Shown: positions 37,832 through 50,762 of the stretch, in pieces
Layout of the letters: every line of letters begins with the position of its first letter
Numbering within the stretch: the stretch's first letter is position 1
NCBI GenBank assembly: GCA_008632985.1
Contig: QPGO01000015.1
Span: forward strand, 745,998 to 809,997
Reading direction: 5' to 3'
Source of the DNA: Psammoneis japonica
Lineage: Eukaryota
DNA length: 64,000 nt
Made by a program: the position numbers and the translations under genes
Notes under the pieces: model-generated
Told to the model about the DNA's origin: nothing
Seen by the model: only the letters and a program-made list of their open reading frames with translations
Database searches by the model: none

Positions 37832-38878
37832 GTGGAGTCGAACCGTCAGAGATCAGCGTTGGAAGGGACGCTCCGTCGTCATGATGTCGTAGCCCAGGCA
37901 GAACGTCGTAGGCGGCATTTGATTCAGAACCTTAGTTGGGGTTCGGGATGTCGATGTTGCTACGACCCAAACAGCGACGGGGGCGAATATCGAGCCTTGA
38001 TCGAAGCTCGTGAAAAGCAACGTCAAAGTGCTGTTGATGAGAAGGAACAAGACGATCAAGAGAATGATCACGTAGAAGAGACCGAGGAGAGCGATTCGGA
38101 GGATGAGTTTGATTACCTATTAGACGAGGATTTTCCCACCGCGGACAACGATAACGACAACAGTGCCCTGAAGGAAATCGAGGATCGTCGACGAGCTGAG
38201 CTGGAAATGTTGGCCTTTCATCAAGAAGCGTCTGTCCAGCATGGTTATGGCGCTCACCGACAGATGCATCCGTCTCGTATTTTGCGTGCAGCAGGATTGG
38301 GAGCTCAGACAAAGGGCGGCCTGGCTGCGCCTCCTCCCGGGGTGGTCTTGCACTTGGTTGATCCTGATTCTTTGCTCTCGGCTGAAGTGGACCTTTACCT
38401 TGAAAAGCTTGCCACTGGCTATCGTGGAACAAAGTTCTTAAGAAGCGATGGACGTGCTACTCTCCTTATGGATGCAGACGGTGCTCAGAAACACCTGCCG
38501 CGCCTCAGCCCTGACAAGGACATGCCCACTCTTGTAGCTATTCGCGATGGTGCCGTCGTTGCAACTTGCCCGGGGCTCTCTGGTCTCGTAGATACGAGTG
38601 CTTGTCGGCTAGAAACGTTGGCGGTCAAGGACTGGTTGGACCACGCCGGTGTTCTCATCAGTCGTCCTCCTCCCATGGAGGAATTGTGTCGTATTCGTCC
38701 TGAAGAGATGGCGCTATATGACTTTTTGCCTCAGAGCAACCCTAAGGAAAACGAATTGGAGGAGCGATATGATTGCGGGATGTGTGGTTGCAACAAAACG
38801 TTTCCTCACGATCACATCGGGATAAAAACGGATCAGCAAAATGGACTGGTGGTGCAGGAAGAACATGTAGTGACTTAA
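37832..38878 (+). CDS. Phosducin-like / thioredoxin-fold protein; start uncertain
   Basis: Acidic DEFDYLLDED...IEDRRRAEL, then HGYG and VVLHLVDPDS...YLEKLATGYRGTKFLR...PTLVAIRDGAVV. Cys/His-rich ends. Confidence 0.7.
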   Translation: MESNRQRSALEGTLRRHDVVAQAERRRRHLIQNLSWGSGCRCCYDPNSDGGEYRALIEAREKQRQSAVDEKEQDDQENDHVEETEESDSEDEFDYLLDEDFPTADNDNDNSALKEIEDRRRAELEMLAFHQEASVQHGYGAHRQMHPSRILRAAGLGAQTKGGLAAPPPGVVLHLVDPDSLLSAEVDLYLEKLATGYRGTKFLRSDGRATLLMDADGAQKHLPRLSPDKDMPTLVAIRDGAVVATCPGLSGLVDTSACRLETLAVKDWLDHAGVLISRPPPMEELCRIRPEEMALYDFLPQSNPKENELEERYDCGMCGCNKTFPHDHIGIKTDQQNGLVVQEEHVVT

Positions 38879-39069
38879 AAATTTAGGCGGGTTGAAACAA
38901 CTGTAGTTCACTTCTCCTGTTGGTATTGGATGTTCACGTCTGCTTGCTAGCGTAGGCTCGTTGTCATTGGTCCTCCTCGTCGCTAAGCACGTTGCTTCGG
39001 AGTGGGCACTTCGACGTCCCTGTATCAGTACGCTCCACTCAACTTTTTGGATATATAGTGTTCTTTCAA

Positions 39070-40540
39070 TCACCAGAATTCTCGCTCACGTCTCTTTTTT
39101 CTTCTAGCGGATTTGATTTTATTCTTGTAAGCTTGAAATGACTCGTCAGAATGTCTCTTCGACTTACGTCGACCTCCCTCACTCACGTTTTCGGCTGTTT
39201 CGTCTTGCGGAATATCCCACAAGACCGCCAATTCTCTTGCCATCTGCCTTGCCTTGGAGCGGTCACCCTCAAAGACTCCCATACTCACAGCTGGAAGCTC
39301 AAATATGGGCTTTTCCATCGATGTTTCCTCGTCCAATGTAATGACGTATTCTCGCAGTGGCGATGATAATTCGGTGTCCTCCTGCCAAAGGCAAATAGAG
39401 TTATCCTCTACGTAATCGTTACGAAGTTCCATTCCGGCTTGGGTTGCAGCAGTCAGAATATCCTTCCTCCACGACAGAAGAAAGTCGTCCATGGACCTGA
39501 GGTTATCATTGAGTAAACCGCCGATGCGTAGAGGTGAGAGGTCCACAATGACATTGTCCAAGGCTCTACCACCCGTTGCCTTGCACAAAATGACCTGCGG
39601 TCTTGCATGGTCATCACACCATTGCCGATGTCTTGTTGCCAATGCAGAGCCTTTACGACCACGCCGATATCCCGTCCCATTAAGCTCGACATAACCACGA
39701 CGGACGGCACGGTCCATAGATTGCTGTTCTTTCTCATTAAGACGAATACTTCTGTTGGTATCGTGTGCCTTGTGCTTGTGACTGGGATGCTTTCGATGCT
39801 TCTTGATGCGCTTGTTTTTCACTATTCGTTCCGAAGAGGTCCGTCGCATCGTGTTGGTCTTTCCATCACGAGTTCTTTTAGCTTCTCCGCAGGCATAAAG
39901 AACCATTCGTTCCGGAACACGCACCCTATTAAAGGTGGGATCAACCTTGATGCTCTCTACTTTGATTCGTTTGCCATGCAACATCGACCCATGAAATCTA
40001 AGAATGGCAGCCTGAGGCAAGTTTACAAATTGCAGTGTGAGAGACAGATGTTGATAAAAAAGGAAATTATCTCAATCTTCAAGCTGGTACCTCTTTTTCT
40101 TGGATGGTTGGGAAAGTTACAAAGCCGTAGTGAAGCGAATTTGTGTTGGGTTTTCGTGCTACACATGCAGGAACGGAGTTCAAAGTACTGACAGCTTGGA
40201 ACAGGTCGGATAAAATGTCGTCATTGACAAATTCACACAGGTTTCCTACAAACACCGTTGTAGGAACCATGCTGTCGGGAAGCGGGACCATTTCGTATCG
40301 TTCACCTCCCACCATCATTTCAATAAAATCGGCGTCTCGAATTTGAGACACTTTGAGTTCGGAAGAAGTATCACAGCGCCTGAATCGCCCATGTTCTTGT
40401 TGATGGAGCTCTGGCGAACTTCGGGAGGCATTCTTGCGACAACAACTCGTTATTCTCATCAACTTAAAGGCGGCAGGCTGAAACCCGGTGACTGCACTAA
40501 AAACGCCGAGAGAGACGTAAATCAACAGCAAAACAACCAT
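39070..40540 (-). CDS. Organelle-targeted RRM RNA-binding protein (2 exons)
   Basis: Signal MVVLLLIYVSLGVFSAVTGF. RNP2 VFVGNL and RNP1 HYGFVTF. Exon 2 AAILRFHGSMLHGKRIKVE completes the RRM. Confidence 0.8.
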
Positions 40541-42706
40541 GGCAGTCGACACACTGTTGCAAAAGATCTTTGTGGTTGAAGAACTCCAATGACCAAGTGT
40601 ACTGTGCCCTCTGACGTGAATCTTGGGCCGAATTTGGCATCTCCGAAAAGAGACGGGAATGCGACACGAGACACGAGACACGAGAAACAACTGGTTCAAG
40701 CTTTGGTTAGCGGTGCGTGGCGGCGTGGTGTGCGATGGCGACTGGTGGGAATTCTGAATTCTGCGCCTGCCAAATTCGTGTAGAATTCTACGCAAGCCAG
40801 CAGCGCTGCGCCAAAATTTCAAAATTCTGCATGTGCGCGCCGATGCGATGCGTCGCGCGTGACCACCACCACGGCGCCCATGTCTGCCCGCCTCCCGCCA
40901 TCAAGAGAATGGAGAGTGCACAGTGGGGCAGGGCCTCCACCCTCTTCAGTCGAGGCCCGCCTGCCACTTCCAAGAGGCTGCGACTTGCTTCTCCGCTTGG
41001 CCGATGCCTCAAGGAACTCTTTTCTGAAAAAACCTTTGACACTTTACATGGTGATGTCAATCTTTGCACACATGGTGTTTTGTCCCTCCCAACATGACTC
41101 TGTGCATCAAACCTTCAACACCCAGTTTTCAGAATTTGGCTCAGAATTTGGGTCGACACTTGAGTGCTGGCACACTGCAGAGACTTTTTCCAACGATGGA
41201 ATTTGGCTGAATGACAGAAATTGTCCTTTTCATCATCAAAAAGCAGCAGCAAAAGTGCGGTGTGTGTGTGCACAGAGTCAGCTGTCACAGCTGCGCGGCT
41301 GAACACAAGCCAGCTGGCTGTGAGGTCAAAGTGCAGGGGGGCCGGACTTTGTGAGCCAAGCAGAAAACTGAAGATCCCAGTCAGAAATGGGGGGGGGGCA
41401 GCAGAAGGAAGTGCAAAGGCAGCTGTCAAAGTGGAGGGACAGAAGGGGCACATGATGCGGCGCAGCCACACATGAGCTGAAGAGCTTGAACTGAAAGATG
41501 ATGCAAGACGATGCAGCCCAGCATTTGGGTGGCCCACTGACAGAAAGCAGAGGAGTGATGGGTGCTGCCACAAAGTGGTCATTGGCGGATGGTTCCGGGC
41601 AAAGTTAGTGGAAAGAAAAGGGGAAGAAGCGGGGCAGGTGAGGGCACACACGCACGAGGGCAAACAGAGCTGGAGGCACCAGGGCTGTGAAGAGTGGAGG
41701 GAGACTGCCAGGAAGGCTTGGGTTGGGAGCAAGTGGCAGCAAATGAGGAGCCAAGAAAGAAGCAGCAGAAAAGAAGCCAAGAACTGCGCAAGTGGTTGAC
41801 AGCAAAAGGGAGAGGAAAGACCCTGTCAAGGCCTGTGTTCCAGCTCCAGGTGCTCCGCTTTTCATCACGCTAGATTTTCTGCGCAGTTTTCAGCACCAGA
41901 CATTTTTGTCTCCACCCGGCAGAGCTCGCACTTTTTGGCTTTATGCAAACATTGATTGTTTTGATGATGCAACACATTTGTGACATCAACGCTCATGCAC
42001 AACAACTGAGGTGCATGATGCGTCACAGGAAGAATCGTGTCAGTTGGCATTTAATGTTTTTCTGGTGATGCGCAGAACAATGCTGACTTCTACGAACACG
42101 TGCCATCCACCCAACACACACCAGCCACAATGCAGCACACTGCTGTCACCGCTCCACAACCCCCTCTTTGCCCTTGCAATTGCATGGAACCGTCTGTTCC
42201 TTTCATTTCAAAGTTACACCATTGTTGTCATCGCAATGCGATTGCGGCTCTAAAGAGTTGCTGTCATTGCGGATGACACCATCTCTTTGTGTTCTCTCAT
42301 TTCGAATTCGGCAAGTCGTTCCATCATGTTTTTTTTTTGCGCATCACCACGCGCGTGCATTTTTCTGGTTGCTTCTCACGTGTTGTTTTATGGTTGTTTT
42401 GCACCAGGGCCTTCGGAATTTCTACAAAACTCAAGTGTTTGCCCGAGCGTTCTCCGAGTGACAGTTTCTACTGGAACAAACTTGTCTTGGTTTGTTTTCA
42501 CTGTGGCACTTGCTGTTTGCACTTTTCAGCATCTGGAGCTGCCCCAGAGGCTGCCTCTGTTCATCCGCATCACTTTCGCGGCAACTGACGTTGGCCCCCT
42601 CTCTGGAGTGCATTTGTCACACAAGCGGGAGTGCAGCTTGCTGTTTGATGCTTTTCAGCATCTGGAACTGCCTTAGAGGCTGCCTCTGTTCATCCGTGTC
42701 ACTTTT

Positions 42707-45700
42707 GTGGCAACAGATGTTGGCCCCCTCTCTGGAGTGCATTTGTCGTACAAACAGGAGTGCAAAAGCAGTGCACTCACCATGGACACGTTGGCCAAAG
42801 TAGCCTCCCAGCAGCATCCCGTTGGTGGCAGTTCCCCTCAAGCAAACGATGACTCTTCCAGCATGTTGAAGGTTTCCTTTTGCATCCAGCGTCACGTCGA
42901 GGCACTCACGGAACATTGTCCACCGCAGGGTAAAGCCAAAACTTGGCACACTGTGCCTCTCCAAGATGCAGTTGACCCCCTTGAGTGCCCTCAAGGTCTT
43001 GTGTGTTTGAGCATCTTGACCACAGAAGATCGTGGAACAAAGAAGACGAGCCCTCTCTTTCATGTTCTTCATCACAAGAATGGTTTGGATGGGTTCAACA
43101 GTGTCAAAACATGGAGCACACTCCGCAACACTGTTGTCGATTGGTTTTGTGAAAAATTTAACTCCAAGAATCGACCGCAACCAAACCAGTGCATCAAGGA
43201 CAAGAACCAGCACCTCTTGATGTTGGTTGTGGTGCCATCAGGAATGTCGATGAGGGATGCCGTGAAGGACAAGCAAAATGTTGCTGCTGTTTTGATGCAC
43301 CGTGTCAAGACAAACATTGGCCTGCTTGTTGATTGTGTCCGTGTGACAGAGTCTCCGGTTGTGTCAGTTGGGACGGGCGATGAGAGTGAGTCGATCGCAC
43401 CGTTGAGTCGAGGTGTGTGTCCTTTTTTGACTGGACTTGCCCAAGCCATTTGCTGTGGTGTTGTCAAGAAGATGGATGCACACCTTCATTGTCAGAAGAC
43501 TTTGAAGTCTTGTCACATGGGAGTGATGGGTTTTGAGGACATCACAGACACCATGAGTGATCGTTCCGATCTGGCGGACGTCCGCAAGCACTGGGGCTGG
43601 GATGATCTCATGATGAATGATCGAGGCAACACTGTCGCCCTGTGTGCAAAGGAGAGGATCACTCCAATGAGCTCTGCAATTGTTTTGGCATTGCCTCGTT
43701 CCAGCGCCGAGCATCAGAATGTTGCAACAGAGATCCGCAAGGATGAAGACTGTTGGGAGGAACCGCTTGTTGAAGGAGGATGCATTGCTGATCATTCGTG
43801 CATTGCCAAGCGCCGATTCCACTTGGCATCTTTGGTCAACATTCAAAACCTAGAAACACACGATGATGAAAAGCTGATCAAAGATTTAAAGATGCATGAG
43901 TGGCTGCCTTTTGGCGAGGTCATGTTTCAAAGTTGGTGGCAAGTTGAGTCTCCAAAGGGGGTGACGAACAATTTTGAAATGTTGGCTTTGAAGGGGTTGG
44001 ACGTCAAGTTCAAATGTGAAACAAGACACCCCGTTCTATCTGCAAAACAGCGCTGGGGTTCAATCTGCAACCATCGCTCTGTTCCAAACGAAATCGCTCA
44101 GAGGAAGCAGGTGGATGAAAAGCCACTTCGAAAACCATGCATCAGCCACAAGAAGTTTAAGAAGCCCATTGTGGATCACAGCGATGATTGTGTTTTTCAT
44201 GACGAGCATTGCAAAAGGGAGAAGCTTGAACAGTCGGATGACAACATGCAGGAAGATCCCTGCATTCCCGAACTTCCCACCAACGCACCACACAAAGTGC
44301 TCATGAGTTGCACGAGTGGCTGCCGGAGGATTTTCTTTATTTGGGCCATTCAACACCAATGACAGACTGCCATCTGAGGCCTTGTTTAACATCGTTGTAG
44401 GTTGGTGGTACAACCATGCATTGCGGATTGCCTCTGATGGTGAATGCAGAGGCACCACTTGTCCGCCGGACCAGTGGTGCAAGCCTTTCAAGCCGCAACG
44501 ATGCTCCGAGTCAGTGGAGGCCATCACCAAAGACAAACACATGGTTGAAGTTCACTTCCCTGCCAGACCAAGCAGGAAGGAATGTTTCAAAGAGCCGCTT
44601 GCTCACCTTGCTGATTCGTGCAAGGCAGCTCCTGGACTTGCATGGTGCAAGTTTTGCAGAAGGATTCGTTGCCATCGTTGCATGCATCATGCCAGTGCCC
44701 GTGATGCAGGGTTGAAGGAAGAGGTGGAGGAGGAGGAAGAGGAAGAGGGGAAGGAGGGCACTGAAGAGACGGATGACCTGCAAAAGGCCGAGGCTGGCAC
44801 TGCAAGGTTGCAACTGCGAGACAAAAAACCAGGAGGAGGAAGATGGGGCCATGGATCAATTGCCTGAGGAAGAGGAGGAAGATGGGGCGATGGATCAATC
44901 ACCTGAGGAAGAGGAGGAAGATGACGGTGTGCAAGACGAAATCCAGGAGGAGCAAGATCCAGAGGAAACTGAGGACAAGGAGGACGATGAATGCAAGGAA
45001 GAAGTTTCTGTGGCTGCAGAAGAGAAGAGGGAGAAAGCCAAGACTGCCAAAGAGAAGAGGGAGAAAGCCAAGGCAGCTGAAGAGAAGAGGGAGAAAGCCA
45101 AGGCTGCAAGAGACAAGAGGGAGAAAGCCCCGGCTGCAGAAGAGAAGCGGGAGACAGTGGGAGATGCTGGATGCAGACATGCGCATCAGACCTTGAAAGA
45201 AATGGCTGGAGTGCGTGAGGATGAGGATCTCATTGGCCTTTGCAGCTCTGTCCCGAAACCAAGGCCAAAAGGAGACACTTCATGGCGTCGGTTGACCAAA
45301 GTGCAGTGACACCAACAAGAAAGGGATCGACTCAAGCGTGAGTGCAAAGATGCTCAAGTGATGTTCTTGCAGGTTAAAAAACTCATTTGGATTGATCCAA
45401 GCAAATGGAACAGCAGGCGTCAGCATCCTGGCGATTCCAAAGGAGCCGTTCCTCACTTGTTTGGTTGCTTTGAAGGGAAAAACAAGGGCGTCATGTTGTG
45501 GGAACCATGGTTTGACTTGCAATGCAATGAAATGAACGGCCATCCCATGAACACATGTGCGGGCCTCATTTTACGTGCCAAACACAAACCAAACATTCCC
45601 CAGCAACTCAATCGAAAATGCAGGGACGAGATTAAGAACAAGGTGGAATCGATTTGCAACCCACCACAGATTGCCAAACTAAAGAGATTGGCTGAAGCGG

Positions 45701-46940
45701 AGATTCAAAAACTTCCAAATTATGGGCGGGGAGCTGACTTCATTGGTTGCAGCTTGGAGGGGAACTGTCCCATGCATGCAACCCTAGATTGAGCTGAGTG
45801 AAATTTCAAGTTTTGGTTTCCAGATGTGTGGAAAGATTTGAAAGAATTGAAGCCATCGGATGGTTGTCGCTCCTTGCCGGAAGGAAACGTGTTGATGCCA
45901 TCAAACAGCAACTTGCCAACGAGCAAGTCCACCCGTGAAATTCCTGCAAGGACAAAACGACACTTGCATTTTTTCCTCCCTGGCCAGTGTTCTTGATCAT
46001 GCTGGCAACGTGGAAATGAGAGACCACATTGCTTCTCACATTCAAACATCCACCAACTGTGCTGACACCAACAACAAGCGCAAGTTGTTTGCAAAGAACA
46101 TGTTGAACGGTCATTTGAAGGGAAAATTCCCACCTGAGAACTCAAACATGAAGTTTTGCGGCAGTGTGGATCGAACGATTTCCCTTGCAGCAGGTGGTGA
46201 ATTTGACGTGACGACCTGCAATGATGACTTCATAACTTTGTGCAACATGCAGCTGCTGATGAGAGTCAATGTGTCACGGCGACGTGCCACAGCCTTTGAA
46301 TGTCACAAAGGGCGTGACAAAAATAACCTTTTGTCTGCATGCATGCTGCATTGTGAATTCACAGCGGAGTGGTTCATCGCAACCATTGGGCAGGAGGCCA
46401 GGGGTTCGAAACCCTGAGTGGGAGTTGTCTGCAGCAACGTTGATCACTGTCGAACACGTAAAACTCTGTGCAGTTCTGTGTGTTCCTTCGTGCGCACCCA
46501 CACTGTTCCGCCAAAACCATGCAGTGTCAGCACACATCAGTGAAGAGCCGCACGGACGCGTGACACATGGGGAGGAGTGCAACACACAGCTGCTGACAAG
46601 AGCCAATGCATCACGACGACGTGTTGCAGCCTTTAAATGTCACAAAGGGCGTGACAAAAACAACCTTTTGTCTGCATGCATGCTGCATTTGTGCCGTCTT
46701 GTGAACAACCACTGCACTGCCTTGCACCGTGGATGGATCTTTGATTCCAGCCACCCTTTTGCATTGCCAGCAAAGGACATTGAGTGTTTCAATTGGTGTC
46801 TTGGGAACGAGGAACATGAGGTGAAACACGTGGCGAAAAAGCATCTGCAACAAGTGCTCGTGGTGCACCAGTTCGAACTTCCTGGGGCGGTGCAGCAGAA
46901 GTTGTGTGCAAAAAGGAAAGCTTTTGTGTTGGATGGTTGA
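42707..46940 (+). pseudogene. Second (cargo) ORF of the transposon, broken: GNAT-like segment, acidic/charged repeats and a C-terminal papain-like Cys-His-Asp segment
   Basis: LLVDCVRVTE...SRGVCPFLTGLAQAI...AHLHCQKTLKSCHMGVMGF; EEEEEDGAMDQ and EEKREKAKAA repeats; QGQNDTCIFSSLASVL...NNHCTALHRGWIFDSS. Domain calls are by eye. Confidence 0.55.
46241..46687 (+). mobile_element. TRIM (miniature LTR retroelement), 447 bp, with a tRNA-like internal segment
   Basis: 110 bp TG...CA LTRs at 46241-46350 and 46578-46687. PPT ggggaggag at 46569-46577. TSD tttg. Removing it restores the host frame FITLC-RLVNNHC. Confidence 0.9.
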
Positions 46941-46963
46941 TCCAGTTGCACAACATTGCCACC

Positions 46964-49900
46964 TCATTTGTCCAAATTGTCACTGTCACTGTCCCCTGCT
47001 GCACTCTCATCATCCTCCACAGTGTCTTCCATGTCGTCATTCTCTCCCCCCCACTCACCAGCTTCGATGTCTTGTTTGTCCACCTCGTCCAAACAGTCCT
47101 CAAAATGGCCCATTGCCTCCCGCTGTCGGACGGCATCCAGAACTCCTTCATGCTCGTCATCGCTCAAATGACATGGTTGAAGAAGTGAAGCCTCATTCCT
47201 GTTGCACGTGCTTGGCAGCACCAGATTGGCTGATGGCTCATTGAGCTCAATGTTGGCAACCGCAATTTGCTTGAGCAACACTCTTGTCTCACATTCCTCA
47301 GCATCACCGGGAGTGTGCCATCCTCTGGCCCGTGGAACAGGGTTGAGATGCGCTCCCTTGCAAACCCATTCACTGGCCTCAACAATCATGGGCAGGTCAA
47401 ACTCTTTCCAAACCTCGTCCTCCTGTGCTTTGTGGGGGAGTTCATCCCATTGCAGCAGATGGGGTCCCTCCTCAGATTCACAAGACAATGCGGCACAGCT
47501 GTTTGGAACAATTTCCTTGGCCATTTCCTCAGTCAGGAAGTCCAACACAGATTTGTGAACCAGCTGCACCTCGTCGGCGTCACTCTCATCTGTTTGAATC
47601 ACCTGACGCACTTGCCAATCATTCAGTCCCTCAAAGATGGGCCACAGTTTGCAAGCTCGGTTGCCACCTGCATGTGTCATGGCTGCTCTGTTGGCTCGAC
47701 ATTTTTAACCCAAGGCCATTTCAGCTGATCCAGGCAGGCTTCACAAGCACAAGGAATTCTTGCATCGCAACCCAACCAATGGGGAAAAGAGGTTCAAATC
47801 GGAAATGGCACAAGGCTCCAATGCCACAATGGCGCATGCACACTTGCACCAATCCAATCAACTTGACTTTGATTGAAGAGCCAAGAACTTCGTCAGCTTC
47901 CTGCAGATGACACACCCTTTGCATTGGCTTTTGAAGGGATTCCCTCTTGGCATGTTTTCTGTCACCAACTGCGCCGAAAGCATTCTTGTTCTTTGCAACT
48001 GTTTTGCAACATTCCTTTGCATGACTGTGCGCGGCTGCAACACTGTTGTCATCCATGACCAAAGCTTCAGGTCTAATTTTCCCATCCTTGTCATTGACTC
48101 CTGCAACAGTTGTGGGCTGCATTTCTCAATGTGCGAGTGATTTGATGCAGGCTCCAATGCCATCAACCTCTCCTTTGACATGTCCAGGTGCTCCAATGGC
48201 GCGGTCAAACACAATGTTGCATTTGTGCGCAAAGACAGACAACAAGTGCAGTGCCAAAGCACATCGGCATTGTTTGGCACAACCATCAGTGTGATCCCAA
48301 ATCACAAGCCATGCCTCACACAGGTTGCGGTTTTTTAACCAGGTGACAAACTTTTCCAAGTGAGCATTGGTGGTGGTGGCATCTTGCTTGGAAGAGTCAG
48401 AGAGATGCGCATGATGTGTTTTCTGAAGCTCGTTGTCAACCATTGCATCGCAAACTCTTCCTTCGATTGACAATGTTTGGTTGTTGCCACAATGGTCACC
48501 CTGAACTTGGTTGTTGAACTCTGCCTTCTGACGCTCGGAGCAGTCATGAGACGTGAACAGGCTGTTGGGTGTTGACTCAAATGCTTTGCGACGCATTTCC
48601 ATGCAACAATTTTTCCCAAGAATGACCGTGTGGGGAAGGTGGCAGCGGAGCTTCTCTAAACTTGGAATGCAGTGCTCTTTCACAAAGACACCGACTGGTT
48701 TTTGGAACCTTGTCAACAAGGTCCTGCGTTTCACCTTTGCATCCTTGTTCCCATCTGGATCTGCCTCACAAACAGGACATGCTTCCATGTGCACACCATG
48801 CTTGGAACAACTTTTTGCAGTCAAGCAACATTGAAACAAAACTTGGGGTGCACTGGGACTTTCATTCTGTTCCAACAATGGAGTTGGATGGGATGGGCAA
48901 TGCTCGCATTCACCCAAAACGCGTTTCCAATGAGGATGATCATGACCATTGACATTGCCACAAATGATGGTTGCAACTGCATCTCGGGCTTTAGGATGAA
49001 GGTGATGGCCGTTGGGGCCAAAAGCTTCCTCTTGACAGACACGCATTGTTTCCTCCAATTTGCCAAGGGCACTGTCATGGTTCTCCAAGTTCTCAGGATC
49101 CTTGCTCGCAAGCTTCAACCAATTTTGCTCCACCTCCATCTCTTTTAAAAGTTTCCTTTGAAACCTGTTCAATGCATCTTGCAGAAAATTGGCGTTGGTG
49201 CAATCGCTGCATTGACACATGCTGTGTTGACTTGCGTTCATTTTTCGACACTGCTTGGGAGTCAAAAATCGAAACATCGTGTCGCCAAGGAGGGTCTTGC
49301 CATTGGTGTCACGCGCGTGTTCGAATCCGCCAACAGACACAGGCTTCAACATGTTGTTGTGCAGCTCACGCATGGACACATTGCGCAACCATTTGTTCAC
49401 TCGTTTCTTGTTTCCATCTTCATCTTTAATGAGAATCATGTCTCGTGTGTTGGGAGACTGCACCATGTCGGGATGATTTGACAACCAGTGCACAAATGCC
49501 TTTCAGATCTCAGGGGAAACTTTGTGAGGACGCTGACGGGGTTGCACTGAAGACCACATGACATCGTCAGTGTTTGAAATCAATGCCTCTCTGGCAATCT
49601 TTCCCTTCTTCATTTGGCAACAAACAGTGCTCCATTTCAGGCCAAGTGCCTTGGCGCAGTCATGGGAAGACAACTTTTCCTCTTCAGCAGATTTTTCTGG
49701 TGAACCGGAGATTCCAGTTGCAAGAGCACGGACAAACAATTTTTTGTCGTCGGTGAGGTGTTGACCATTGCTGGTGTCATTGGCACGTGCCCACATTTTG
49801 CCCAACTGCTCGGCAATTTGCAAGGCCACAGAATTTGTTTTCGGCAATGTCAAATTGCAAGCCTGAAGAAATGGGGCCATTTCGGGAAAATGCAAAGCAC

Positions 49901-50762
49901 ACACAAATGCACAGATTTGTTGTTCTTGAGTGGCGGCGCAAGACAACACTCCTTCTCTCACTTTGACCGCTGCACGACAAAGTGCCTGTTGGGGATCTTT
50001 GTGGGTTGCTTCAAATGCATGAGGATCAAAAGTGGGGCAACCTTGGGAGGCGGTGAGGTTGACAGCAGTTCGGTTGGCTGAAGCGACAGAGGGAGTGACG
50101 GTGGCATTGTCAGAGTCAGGGTTGGAGGGAGTGGCGGCCGCTCCTGCAGCAAGCATTTGGGAGGGGCCTGGCTGTCTTGGCAAGGACGACCCTGGACAAT
50201 GAGTGGGGTGTTCCTTGGAGGTGTTCGGGTTGAAAGCAGCCAGGTCAGTGGGAGCAACGGAGGGAGTGACGGCGGCATTGTCAGAGTCAGGGTTGGAGGG
50301 AGTGGCGGCCGCTCCTGCAGTGTGCATTTGGGAGGGGCCTGGCGGTCTTGGCAAGGACGACACTGGACAATGAGTGAGGTGTTCTGTGGAGGGGTTTGGG
50401 TTGAAAGCAGCCAGGTCGGTGGGAGCAACGGAGGGAGTGATGGAGGCAGCAGAGCTCGGATTGTTCGGATTGAAGGGAGTGGCTGCAGCTGCTTCAGCTG
50501 CAGCAACGACATGGTCGGAGACCATGGAGTGTGTTTCAAGCTCACGATGAGGCTTCTTGTTTTTGCTGTTGCCAGTCCCTGACTTGTGTCGATGGCCAAC
50601 TCCATTTTGCTTCTTCCTCTTGCTGCCCACGATGCACTGGAAATTTGATTGAAAGTGTGCATTGAGAGGGCTGGTGGATGAGACGGATGGCAAGTCGAGA
50701 GGACACATTTTTTTGGTGTGCTCAATCAAATTCACTGCATTGTGTCTGTAGAAATGAGGCAT
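46964..50762 (-). pseudogene. Degenerate Sola-like transposase
   Basis: Colinear ORFs split by in-frame TGA and one frameshift. Motifs HDCSE...QVQGDHCG, HLSDSSKQD, DHTDGCAKQCR and GAPGHVKGEVDGIGA. Confidence 0.75.
50085..50450. repeat. 180 bp (60 aa) tandem repeat in the transposase N-terminus
   Basis: TPSVAPTDLAAFNPN...PGPSQM..AGAAATPSNPDSDNA repeated about twice. Confidence 0.85.

Noticed and set aside
44840..45150. CRISPR-like array of short repeats
   Set aside because: These are in-frame coding repeats (EEEEEDG, EEKREKAKAA) without unique spacers, in a eukaryotic context with no cas genes.
46355..46423. Functional tRNA gene
   Set aside because: The acceptor and anticodon stems do not pair properly and it lies inside a TRIM; reported only as tRNA-like.
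42707..50762. Alternative genetic code, or an inserted viral genome
   Set aside because: Tyr is replaced by both Cys and His, non-coding LTRs show the same change, in-frame TGA stops fit CGA decay, and TIR/TSD boundaries define a transposon.
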